Source of the DNA: Alphaproteobacteria bacterium
GTDB lineage: Bacteria > Pseudomonadota > Alphaproteobacteria > Micavibrionales > Micavibrionaceae
Reading direction: 5' to 3'
DNA length: 26,068 nucleotides
NCBI GenBank assembly: GCA_020442505.1
Contig: JAGRJZ010000078.1
Span: 1-26,068 of the forward strand
Positions 18,578-26,068 of this stretch are shown in pieces; the first letter of the stretch is position 1, and every line of letters starts with the position of its first letter. Position numbers and translations under genes: made by a program. The notes under the pieces were generated by a model. That model saw only the letters and a list, made by a program, of their open reading frames with translations. It ran no database searches and had not been told where the DNA came from.

Positions 18578-19432
18578 ATGCGGAAAAGAATCCAAGGCGC
18601 TGATTCTGATCATAAAATACCTGTTTCGGTTATCGTCGTGACGAAGAACGAGGCGCCGATCATCAAGCGGTGTCTGACGGCCTTGGCGGATTTCGACGAT
18701 GTGTGGGTCGTCGATTCGCAAAGCGCGGACGGGACGAAAGTGCTGGCGGAGGCCGCAGGGGCGCGGGTTGTCGATTTTCTGTGGAACGGGCGTTATCCCA
18801 AAAAGAGACAATGGTGTCTGGAGACCCTAGACCTAAAACATGATTGGGTTTTTTTCGTCGATGCGGACGAAGTCATGACGGCTCCGCTGATGGCTGAAAT
18901 CCGGGAGATTTTTAGCGCTCGGCGGGTGTCTCTTGAGGGGATAGTCGGCTATTTCGTCAAAGGACGTTATATGCTGGACGGCAAGCCACTGCGATACGGA
19001 TTGCAAAACAATAAATTATGTCTGTTCGATCGACGATCGGTCGCCTTTCCGGTGGTCGATGATCTGGATATTCCCGGCATGGGGGAAATCGAAGGCCATT
19101 ACCAGCCTGTCTTGACAATCAGGGATGGGCAGGTCGGGCAACTCCAAAATGTTTTGATTCATAAGGCGTTCGAGGATCAGGAAGGCTGGCGGGCCCGCCA
19201 CGAACGCTACGCCGCGTGGGAACGCGCGATGATTGCCCGGAATGCCTATCCACGCGATCCCGTTCCGGCCCGCGAGTTTCTAAAACGTCTGTTTCGTAGA
19301 ATGCCCTTTCGAGCTGTCATCGCCTTTTTGCATTGCTACGTCTGGAAGTACGGCGTTCTCGATGGCGCGGCGGGCTGGAGATTCGCCAAAGCCCGGTGGG
19401 AATATTATCGGATGCTGCGCAAGGCCCAGTAA
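18578..19432 (+). CDS. Glycosyltransferase family 2 (LPS beta-glucosyltransferase-like)
   Basis: VSVIVVTKNE, VVDSQSADGT, KKRQWCL, WVFFVDADE. Confidence 0.85.
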   Translation: MRKRIQGADSDHKIPVSVIVVTKNEAPIIKRCLTALADFDDVWVVDSQSADGTKVLAEAAGARVVDFLWNGRYPKKRQWCLETLDLKHDWVFFVDADEVMTAPLMAEIREIFSARRVSLEGIVGYFVKGRYMLDGKPLRYGLQNNKLCLFDRRSVAFPVVDDLDIPGMGEIEGHYQPVLTIRDGQVGQLQNVLIHKAFEDQEGWRARHERYAAWERAMIARNAYPRDPVPAREFLKRLFRRMPFRAVIAFLHCYVWKYGVLDGAAGWRFAKARWEYYRMLRKAQ

Positions 19433-20181
19433 ATACGTGGCGCGCGGGTTTTTATAAGATACGAAACGTATTGGATTGTATAAATTAATGCGTTTAGTAT
19501 TTTGTTGTAATTCAATTTTTCTCGAATCTTGAATTGTTCCTGTCGTCCTTCAATGGGTCGTCTTTGTGAAACGCCGCCTGCCTCGAACAGGCAAACGGGA
19601 AAGGGCAGGATCAAGACGTTTTCATGAGCCCGCCGCAAAAACCGTAACGTAAAATCGTAATCCGCCGCAATTCTGTAGGATAAATCGTAACGCATATCTC
19701 CCACGATATCCCGGCGATGGAGCATGGCCTGATGATGGGTGACCATGCCCCGCGTGATCGCGGTATGCGACCGGGCGGGTTTCAGGGCCGGAGTCTGACC
19801 GGCGCGTTCCTCCAGCGCAGGACCGTACAGGAACGTAAACGACTGTTTGTTCAGGGCAAGCTTGATGCGTGCGAGTGCATCGGGGCTGGCCAGCCTATCG
19901 CCCGCGTTCAGGAATAGCAGGTACGAACCCGTTGCGTGATTAATTCCTTTGTTCATCGCATCGTAAATTCCCTGGTCCGGGGCAGAAGCCCACAGGAGGG
20001 CGCTGCCATCTTGCCGCGGAGGGGGGATGTTTGTCAGGTAGTCCAGCGTGCCATCCGTCGAAGCGCCGTCCATGACGATCCATTCAAAATCCCGGCAGGT
20101 CTGAGCCTGAAGAGATTCGTATGTCTTCTCAAGTCCGGTCCGATTATTGCGGGTGACGGTGATAATGGAAAATGTTTTCAA
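19405..20181 (-). CDS. Glycosyltransferase family 2 (WcaE/WfgS-like)
   Basis: FSIITVTRN, IVMDGASTDGT, DQGIYDAMNKG, FLNAGD, HQAM, YRIAADYDF; TTG start. Confidence 0.85.
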   Translation of the reverse strand: MKTFSIITVTRNNRTGLEKTYESLQAQTCRDFEWIVMDGASTDGTLDYLTNIPPPRQDGSALLWASAPDQGIYDAMNKGINHATGSYLLFLNAGDRLASPDALARIKLALNKQSFTFLYGPALEERAGQTPALKPARSHTAITRGMVTHHQAMLHRRDIVGDMRYDLSYRIAADYDFTLRFLRRAHENVLILPFPVCLFEAGGVSQRRPIEGRQEQFKIREKLNYNKILNALIYTIQYVSYLIKTRAPRIYWALRSIR

Positions 20182-20195
20182 GAGGATCGTTTTCT

Positions 20196-22775
20196 TTAAT
20201 GGCTCAGATCGTCAATCCATATACCGGTAATGGCCAGGTTGGCAATGATTTGGCTGAGGTCCCGGGCGGTTTCAAGGAAATCAAACGGCTTGGGATCGCG
20301 CGGGACGACGATGGTAGAGCCAGGCGGGATGAAGGCGGCCTTGTGGTTCCATACATCGACCAGAAGCGGCTGAGCGCTGCCATCTGGGTAAAGGACGAAG
20401 ACACGGGATTTATCCGCGTGAAAGGTGAATCCGCCGGCCTCCATGATGTAATCGCGGGGATCTTTATCCTTCCGGAACTGGAGCGCGGCGGGAGACAGAA
20501 CCTCCCCCGCCACACGGACCATCAAGGGTCGTCGGGGGATGTAGACCCGGTCCCCTGATTCCAGCAACATATCAAGCGCTGGCTCGGTTGCCAGCGCGCC
20601 GGGGTCCGCTTCGACCGTGATGCGGCCAACGGCTTGCGCTTGTTTGAGTTGATCGACTAATTGCTGGACAGCGGCGATTTGCGTGGCGTCGGGCGCGTCC
20701 TTTTGTTCCAGTGCCGCGGCCAGTTTGATCTCGAGATCCTGGGCTTGCATGTGAAAGCGCGATTCTTCGGCGCGGCGTTCGGATTCCCGACTGAAGATGG
20801 CGCCGTCCGGATAGGCCTCTGTCGTCAGGCTCCCGGCTCGTTCCAAGAGATCGGATAGTTTGTCCCCGGGCAGAAGATCGTAGCGTCCCGGGTGTTTGAC
20901 TTCGCCCGTGATCAGGACGCTCGTGTTCTCGGGCTTTCCGAACGTCTGATTAAAGCGGACGGCGTCCCCTGCGGCGATCAGGATGTTCGCTGGATTTTGT
21001 TCCCGGAAGTTGACGAGCGTTCGGCGAGTCCCTGATTTTCCGTGGCTCTGGTGGCCTTCGCCGGATAAGGCCGATGTCAGCTCGACCCGAGACGTGTCGG
21101 CTTCCAGCGTCGCGCCGCCCGCCGCAGCCAGCAGGTTTTCAAGCGAGACGCCCTCAGCCACGGGCCAGGGGCCGGGATCCCGGACCGCGCCGCGGACGAA
21201 GGCCGCCCGTTCTCGTAGAAAAGAGCGCAGAGCTTTGTCCGGAACGATGTCGGCTGTCGCGTCTTCGTTGGATCCTTCTTCCGTCGTGCCGGGCGCCTTC
21301 TCGCTATCGCCCAGTTTGACGATTTGCGTGCGGGAAAACAGATGGACGACGTCGCCGTCCTGAAGTTTCCGGTCGTAGCCGCCCTTCAACACAAGCAGGG
21401 GTGAAAAGGCTGTCAGTGTCCGTGATAGCTGGTTTTTGTCCCAGCGCTCGACGACGCCGATCAGGGGATAGATATCCGGACCAAAGGCTGTTTCGTCCGA
21501 TAAAAGCGCCGCCAGCGTTTTGTTTTGCGCCAAAGCATGGAGCCCGGGACGGCGGGTATGGCCGGTCAGTTCCACAGTTCCAGCCCGGCGTTCCGTGCTG
21601 GCGGCGACCATTAAAATTGTTCCGTCTCCAAAAAGCGGCGCATAGGGCGCGGTAATTTCATCAACAGTCTCCCGACCATCCGTCGTCAGGCCCAGCTTGA
21701 CAAAGCGGTTTTCCCCGGGCGCCAAAACCCCGCCGGCCATGGCCAGAATCTCCTCCAGCGAGCGCTTTTCGCTTGCCTCATCCGGGGTGTGCCACATGCC
21801 GCGTAAAGCCCGGGGAATTTCATAGATTCCGGGACGTTTGACGCTTCCGGCGATGGCCACGGTCGGACCAATGGGCGGCACGATGATCCGGTCTCCGTCC
21901 CGTAGTCCCAAATCCATCCCGGCATCGCCGTGAATCAGCAGGCCGTAAAGGTCGATCCATGTGCTGCGCCCGCTCCGTATCAGTTTGATTTGCCGCAGGG
22001 AACCGGTTTTCTCAACGCCTCCCGCGGCGCTCAACGCATCCAGAACCGTATGAAAGACCGTTAAGGTTTGCCGCCCGGGTTTTTTGACGTGTCCGACGAC
22101 AAGAACCCCTATCTGACGGACGGAGTCGAGGGAGACATAGACCTGCGTATCGTGCCGTTTCGCCGCTTCGGCCTCCAGCATCTGGCGCAGCTGGCCGATG
22201 GGGCGTCCGGCGGCGGCGATCGGGGGAAGCTCGTCCACGACCAGAAAGCCCTGGCTGTTGATCGGATAAGTCCTGGAATCCGTGCGCTCGCCCCGGAAGG
22301 TGACCGTCAGGGAATCTCCCGTTCCTAAGATAAAATCATCCTGGACGGCGCCTGAGGGAATCGGGATGTTCACGGCTGTCGGGGAGCTATCGGTTCCCGC
22401 TGTGGCCGTGCCGAACATATCGTAGCCGAACTGATCCAGCTCGTCGACGATTCGGCCGGAGTAATAAGCTTCCAAGCGGGAACGCCGGGCCGCATGCGCC
22501 TTGTCCATTTGTTCCAGCAAAGCGCGAGTGTCGCGGGGCGTCAGGACCGGTCCGTCCGGGATGGCGCCCCTGTTTTCGGCCTGTTCGACTGTTCTGGAAA
22601 AGGGGTGGGTCTGAAGGTCTCGGGCGATCTCCGCGGCCTGGTCCCGCTCGTTATCGAGCCAGGGTGGAACAACCGGAAAGCGAGTCTCTGAAAAACCTCT
22701 GGTTGTGAAGGCTGTTAGCAGGAGAAGAAAACAAAAAACGGAAAAAGGGGCAGCATGTTTTGTCCATGCAGACAT
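20196..22775 (-). CDS. Large SLBB-repeat polysaccharide export (OPX) protein
   Basis: PES-like motif DDFILGTGDSLTVTFRG, six beta-grasp repeats (GHVKKPG, GSVKRPG, GHTRRPG, GAVRDPG, GEVKHPG, GEVLSPA) and a C-terminal amphipathic helix. Start uncertain: 22775, 22814 or TTG 22874. Confidence 0.85.
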   Translation of the reverse strand: MSAWTKHAAPFSVFCFLLLLTAFTTRGFSETRFPVVPPWLDNERDQAAEIARDLQTHPFSRTVEQAENRGAIPDGPVLTPRDTRALLEQMDKAHAARRSRLEAYYSGRIVDELDQFGYDMFGTATAGTDSSPTAVNIPIPSGAVQDDFILGTGDSLTVTFRGERTDSRTYPINSQGFLVVDELPPIAAAGRPIGQLRQMLEAEAAKRHDTQVYVSLDSVRQIGVLVVGHVKKPGRQTLTVFHTVLDALSAAGGVEKTGSLRQIKLIRSGRSTWIDLYGLLIHGDAGMDLGLRDGDRIIVPPIGPTVAIAGSVKRPGIYEIPRALRGMWHTPDEASEKRSLEEILAMAGGVLAPGENRFVKLGLTTDGRETVDEITAPYAPLFGDGTILMVAASTERRAGTVELTGHTRRPGLHALAQNKTLAALLSDETAFGPDIYPLIGVVERWDKNQLSRTLTAFSPLLVLKGGYDRKLQDGDVVHLFSRTQIVKLGDSEKAPGTTEEGSNEDATADIVPDKALRSFLRERAAFVRGAVRDPGPWPVAEGVSLENLLAAAGGATLEADTSRVELTSALSGEGHQSHGKSGTRRTLVNFREQNPANILIAAGDAVRFNQTFGKPENTSVLITGEVKHPGRYDLLPGDKLSDLLERAGSLTTEAYPDGAIFSRESERRAEESRFHMQAQDLEIKLAAALEQKDAPDATQIAAVQQLVDQLKQAQAVGRITVEADPGALATEPALDMLLESGDRVYIPRRPLMVRVAGEVLSPAALQFRKDKDPRDYIMEAGGFTFHADKSRVFVLYPDGSAQPLLVDVWNHKAAFIPPGSTIVVPRDPKPFDFLETARDLSQIIANLAITGIWIDDLSH

Positions 22776-22897
22776 TGGCGGGCTTGTCTTCTTTCTTTCG
22801 CCCTGCGGCGGCATATTTTTTGAATCGGGATGAAGACCATTGTGACCTTTTTTTCGTCGAAAGGCCAGCCCCAAAATCGTAGAGACGGTCTAGTCCG

Positions 22898-23626
22898 TTA
22901 ACGGGCGGCTTCGATCAGGCAAACAAATTCCTTCAGGCGCTGCGTTTCCGGGGTTTCAAGGATCGCGGGCGGTCCTTGTTCCACGATTTGTCCGTCGGCC
23001 ATGAAGACGATTTTATCCGCGGCGCGGCGCGCGAACTCGATGGCGTGAGTGATCAGAAAAACGCCGATTCCCCGTTCCTTGAGGTGTTCCAGTTTTTTCA
23101 GGATCCGGCCTGTCTGTTCGACGTCGAGGGCGCTGGTGATTTCATCCAGCAGAATGTAGCGGGGGTTCAGTATCAGCGCCCGGGCAAGCGCAACACGCTG
23201 CCGCTGGCCGATGGAGGCCTGGTTGGGATACTGGTCGATGAAATGGTCCATCTCGAACAGCCTGATCAGACCTTCCAGATCTTTTTCTGCGTTGCCCGGA
23301 TTGTGATTACGGGCGGGGAGCATGATATTTTCCCGCAGGGTCAAATGCGGCCAAAGAAACAAAGACTGGAAGACGACCGTCACGTCCGGCCATGGCGGGG
23401 TGATCGTGTCGTCCCGTGTAAGGGGAAAGTCGTATTGCTGTTCGTCGATAACGACCTTGCCTGTCGTAGGGTAGTCCAAAAGCGCTAACGCCCTCAGCAA
23501 GGTCGTCTTCCCCGTTCCCGACGGGCCGATCAGGCATGTGATTTCGCCAGGGGCGATATCGATTGTGACCCCTTTCAGGACGTTTTTATCTCCGAATGTT
23601 TTTTCAATATTGTGACCGGACAACAT
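22898..23626 (-). CDS. ABC transporter ATP-binding protein, polar amino acid (GlnQ-like) type, with no partner genes nearby
   Basis: Walker A GPSGTGKT, Q-loop VFQSLFLWPH, signature variant ASIGQ, Walker B ILLDEITSALD, H-loop ITH. Confidence 0.85.
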   Translation of the reverse strand: MLSGHNIEKTFGDKNVLKGVTIDIAPGEITCLIGPSGTGKTTLLRALALLDYPTTGKVVIDEQQYDFPLTRDDTITPPWPDVTVVFQSLFLWPHLTLRENIMLPARNHNPGNAEKDLEGLIRLFEMDHFIDQYPNQASIGQRQRVALARALILNPRYILLDEITSALDVEQTGRILKKLEHLKERGIGVFLITHAIEFARRAADKIVFMADGQIVEQGPPAILETPETQRLKEFVCLIEAAR

Positions 23627-23718
23627 GCTTGATTTCCTTTTTCAGCCTTTATAACAGCGATAAGCGGCCCATGGGAACGAAAATTTGCCGGAAAGGGTTC
23701 GTTTTTTAACATAATTTA

Positions 23719-23747
23719 TTGACAAGCGACTCGCCTTGCGCTACAAC
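23719..23747 (+). promoter_or_regulatory. Putative sigma70 promoter of the adhesin gene, with a GANTC site in the spacer
   Basis: TTGACA-N17-TACAAC; GACTC at 23728-23732 and GATTC at 23768-23772. Confidence 0.55.
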
Positions 23748-23852
23748 CGTGCGCATCAGGACAAATCGATTCGGACTTGCTTCTCAATCCCGGATCCACA
23801 TCGTGTCACGACAGGGCGCTTTCATCCCCGAGGGCAGGAGAAAGAGGAAAAA

Positions 23853-26068
23853 ATGATCTACGCGCAGGATAGTTTCGAACCGTCGACGTCGCAAGCGGCT
23901 ATTCCCCCCCTTCCCTTTGGAAAGGGCGATATTGTCGGGATGCATGTGACGAGCGGCGGCGTGCTGGTTTTTGCGCTGGAAGACGGTCGTTCTGTCGGGG
24001 TGGACGGCTTCGAGGAGATGGCTTCTCGCGGAGAGACTCTGATCTTGGGCGATGGCACGACGTATCAGGCGCGGGAGCTGTTTACCAATCTGGCCAGCGA
24101 CATGCCGTCCGTTGTGATTGAAAAGCCCGCGCCCGGGGAGATTGTCGCCTACGAGATCACGCCGGGTCAGAAATACATGATGACGTTCGATCCGCGCGGC
24201 GCAAAGACGGATTTTAGGGGTAACGGCGCTTTTTTGATCACGTTCGACGACGAAGGTCAGATTATTCTGGCCGGATTTCAAGACGCTATGGATGCCGCCG
24301 TTCCGGCCCAAATCGGCTACGAGCCGGGCGCCTTTCTATCCTTGCAGGATTTTTCCGGGATTCTGGGCATAGCGCAAGGCGTTGTGCCGGCGACCTTTGC
24401 GGAACGGTCGGCCGAAGAAACCGTTGACGAAGCTCAGACGACGATTCGCAGTCAGCAAATGGAAGACGCGAAATTAGCCGCGATCGCTCAGCAGCTTGCC
24501 GCCGTCGAACCGGCCGCGGGCGGGACGGCAGGAGCTGCGGGTGGCCGCGGCGGATTCGGATTTGAAAGTTCCGTGGAAGCTGCGCCTCTGGATTCGCCGG
24601 CTGCGGTGGGACCGATCGCGCCGACGGCCCTGCAATACGGGATTCCGACCGTTCTGGACGAGGTTCTCCCACAAGAGCCTTTGGCGCGGGCCGCGGCCCC
24701 GGTTCCGGTCTTGCTTCCGCCGGTTGTTAATGTCGGGAATTACGTTGTAGACGAAGACTCCTCGATTACAGTCCCGATCGAAGCCTTTTTGGATGCCGGG
24801 AGCACGCCGAACGGGGTTTTGACCGTGACGGTTAGCAATATCAACACGAGCTGGATCGTCACCAACGCGGATGGGACCTATAATGCCTCCACGGGCGTTT
24901 GGACGATCACGTTGCCCGCGGGACAAAACTACCAGGGGGCGTTGACATTTGCGCCGCCCGCGGACAGCGATGCGGATATGAACGATCTGGTCTTGACGGC
25001 CGCTGTCTTCGATCCCGCGACCGGAACGACCGGAACGGTGGCGGACACGTTCGACATCACGACCGACGCGGTGGCGGATGTTCCGACCGTAGACGGATTG
25101 AACAACATCGGAAACGAAGGCGCCGTTCTGGCGGTGAACTTGACGGCCCATGTCACGGATATGGACGGATCGGAAAGCATTACGGCCTATACGATTTCCG
25201 GCGTACCGAGCGGCTTTGTGTTTAATCAGGGCAATAATCTCGGATCGGGGGTATGGGCCTTTACCCCTGCGGAAATCGCCGGGTTGACGATCGCGCCGCC
25301 GGCCAATTTCGTCGGGACGATCAATCTGAGCGTGACGGCCACGGCGACGGAAACCGCTCTTTCAGGCGCGGAGCCGGATTTAAGCGACAACAGCGCAACG
25401 GCCACGGATGCGTTTTCCCTGACCTGGAACCCGGTGGCGATGCCCCCTGTCGTGGGAGCGAGCAGCTATACGGTCGACGAGGACAGCTCTGTCGTCGTCC
25501 CCATTCAGGTCGCTTTGCCCCCCGGCGGGACGGGGAACGAGATTCTGACCGTGACGGTCAGCAATATCAACACGAGCTGGACGGTCGTTAATACGGATGG
25601 CACTTATAACGCCGCCACAGGCGTTTGGACGATTACGTTGCCGGCCGGCCAAAATTACAGCGGCCAGTTGACCTTTGCGCCGCCCGCGAATACCGATGTC
25701 GATATGACGAATCTGGTTTTGACGGCGTCTGTGTTAGAGCCCGCGAGCGGCACGACCGCGACCGACAGCGACACTTTCGACATCATTGTCGACGCAGTGG
25801 CGGACGTTCCGGTCGTGGACGGGTTAAATAATACCGGAAACGAAGGCGACGTTCTGGCGGTGAACGTTTCGGCCTTTGTCACCGATCCGGACGGGTCGGA
25901 AGCGATCACGGGTTACACGATCGCGGGCGTTCCCCCAGGCCTTTTCTTTAACCAGGGCACCAATCTGGGCGCGGGGGTCTGGTCTTTCACGCCGGCGGAG
26001 GTCGCGGGCTTGACGATCACTTCGCCCGCGCATTATGCCGGGACGATCAATCTGAGCGTGACGGCCAC
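23853..26068 (+). CDS. Large repetitive surface adhesin (LapA/Bap-like, probably T1SS-secreted), 3' truncated by the window
   Basis: Hand translation gives 738 codons with no stop from ATG 23853 (RBS ggagaaagagg). No Sec signal peptide; AVEPAAGG...GGFGF motif; T/V/D/G-rich Ig/cadherin-like repeats (VDEDSS, DAVADVP, TDxDGSE). Confidence 0.88.
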   Translation, partial: MIYAQDSFEPSTSQAAIPPLPFGKGDIVGMHVTSGGVLVFALEDGRSVGVDGFEEMASRGETLILGDGTTYQARELFTNLASDMPSVVIEKPAPGEIVAYEITPGQKYMMTFDPRGAKTDFRGNGAFLITFDDEGQIILAGFQDAMDAAVPAQIGYEPGAFLSLQDFSGILGIAQGVVPATFAERSAEETVDEAQTTIRSQQMEDAKLAAIAQQLAAVEPAAGGTAGAAGGRGGFGFESSVEAAPLDSPAAVGPIAPTALQYGIPTVLDEVLPQEPLARAAAPVPVLLPPVVNVGNYVVDEDSSITVPIEAFLDAGSTPNGVLTVTVSNINTSWIVTNADGTYNASTGVWTITLPAGQNYQGALTFAPPADSDADMNDLVLTAAVFDPATGTTGTVADTFDITTDAVADVPTVDGLNNIGNEGAVLAVNLTAHVTDMDGSESITAYTISGVPSGFVFNQGNNLGSGVWAFTPAEIAGLTIAPPANFVGTINLSVTATATETALSGAEPDLSDNSATATDAFSLTWNPVAMPPVVGASSYTVDEDSSVVVPIQVALPPGGTGNEILTVTVSNINTSWTVVNTDGTYNAATGVWTITLPAGQNYSGQLTFAPPANTDVDMTNLVLTASVLEPASGTTATDSDTFDIIVDAVADVPVVDGLNNTGNEGDVLAVNVSAFVTDPDGSEAITGYTIAGVPPGLFFNQGTNLGAGVWSFTPAEVAGLTITSPAHYAGTINLSVTA
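24717..26068 (+). repeat. 726-bp (242-codon) tandem repeat; copy 1 at 24717-25442, copy 2 at 25443 to the window end
   Basis: Several anchors are offset by exactly 726 bp: GAC 24750/25476, agcaatatcaacacgagctgga 24834/25560, gggacgatcaatctgagcgtgacggccac 25314/26040. About 150 of 208 aligned residues are identical by hand count. Confidence 0.95.

Noticed and set aside
23802-23830. gtcacgacagggc in the adhesin leader resembles the 5' end of a c-di-GMP-I riboswitch
   Set aside because: The core elements (GGCAAACC, GAAA tetraloop, ACGCAAAG, second stem) are missing and only about 40 nt remain before the ATG. An Rfam search would settle it.
23784-26033. Short ORF-track calls over the right end (e.g. 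23784-24311, 24474-25151, 25253-25591)
   Set aside because: All are alternative frames of the long adhesin frame starting at 23853; their mutual similarity just reflects the 726-bp repeat.
1-26068. CRISPR arrays, IS/transposase, integrase, tRNA/rRNA, defence systems
   Set aside because: No short regularly spaced repeats, recombinase motifs or structural RNA signatures seen by eye.

Overview
Alphaproteobacterial chromosomal segment. The gene set (chpT, a PleC/DivJ-type kinase, a cheAY-W-Y-B-R cluster, mrp divergent from hflK) points to a Rhodospirillales/Micavibrio-like organism; this is inference, not a database result. The left and centre are mostly core genes: surA (5' partial), a YeiH-family transporter overlapping a cytoplasmic multi-PAS kinase, a lytic transglycosylase, PMM/PGM, chpT, a chemotaxis operon with a near-consensus CtrA box, purH, a solitary hflK and mrp/apbC. 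The right end is a cell-surface locus: two GT2 glycosyltransferases, a large six-SLBB polysaccharide export protein and an orphan ABC ATPase, transcribed divergently from a large adhesin-like ORF (23853 to beyond the window end). The ORF track misses that ORF because it has no stop codon in the window. It has an apparently duplicated N-terminal module, a LapG-type PAAG motif at about residue 220 and 726-bp two-domain tandem repeats, and is the best candidate for something undescribed. I found no rRNA, tRNA, CRISPR array or mobile element.
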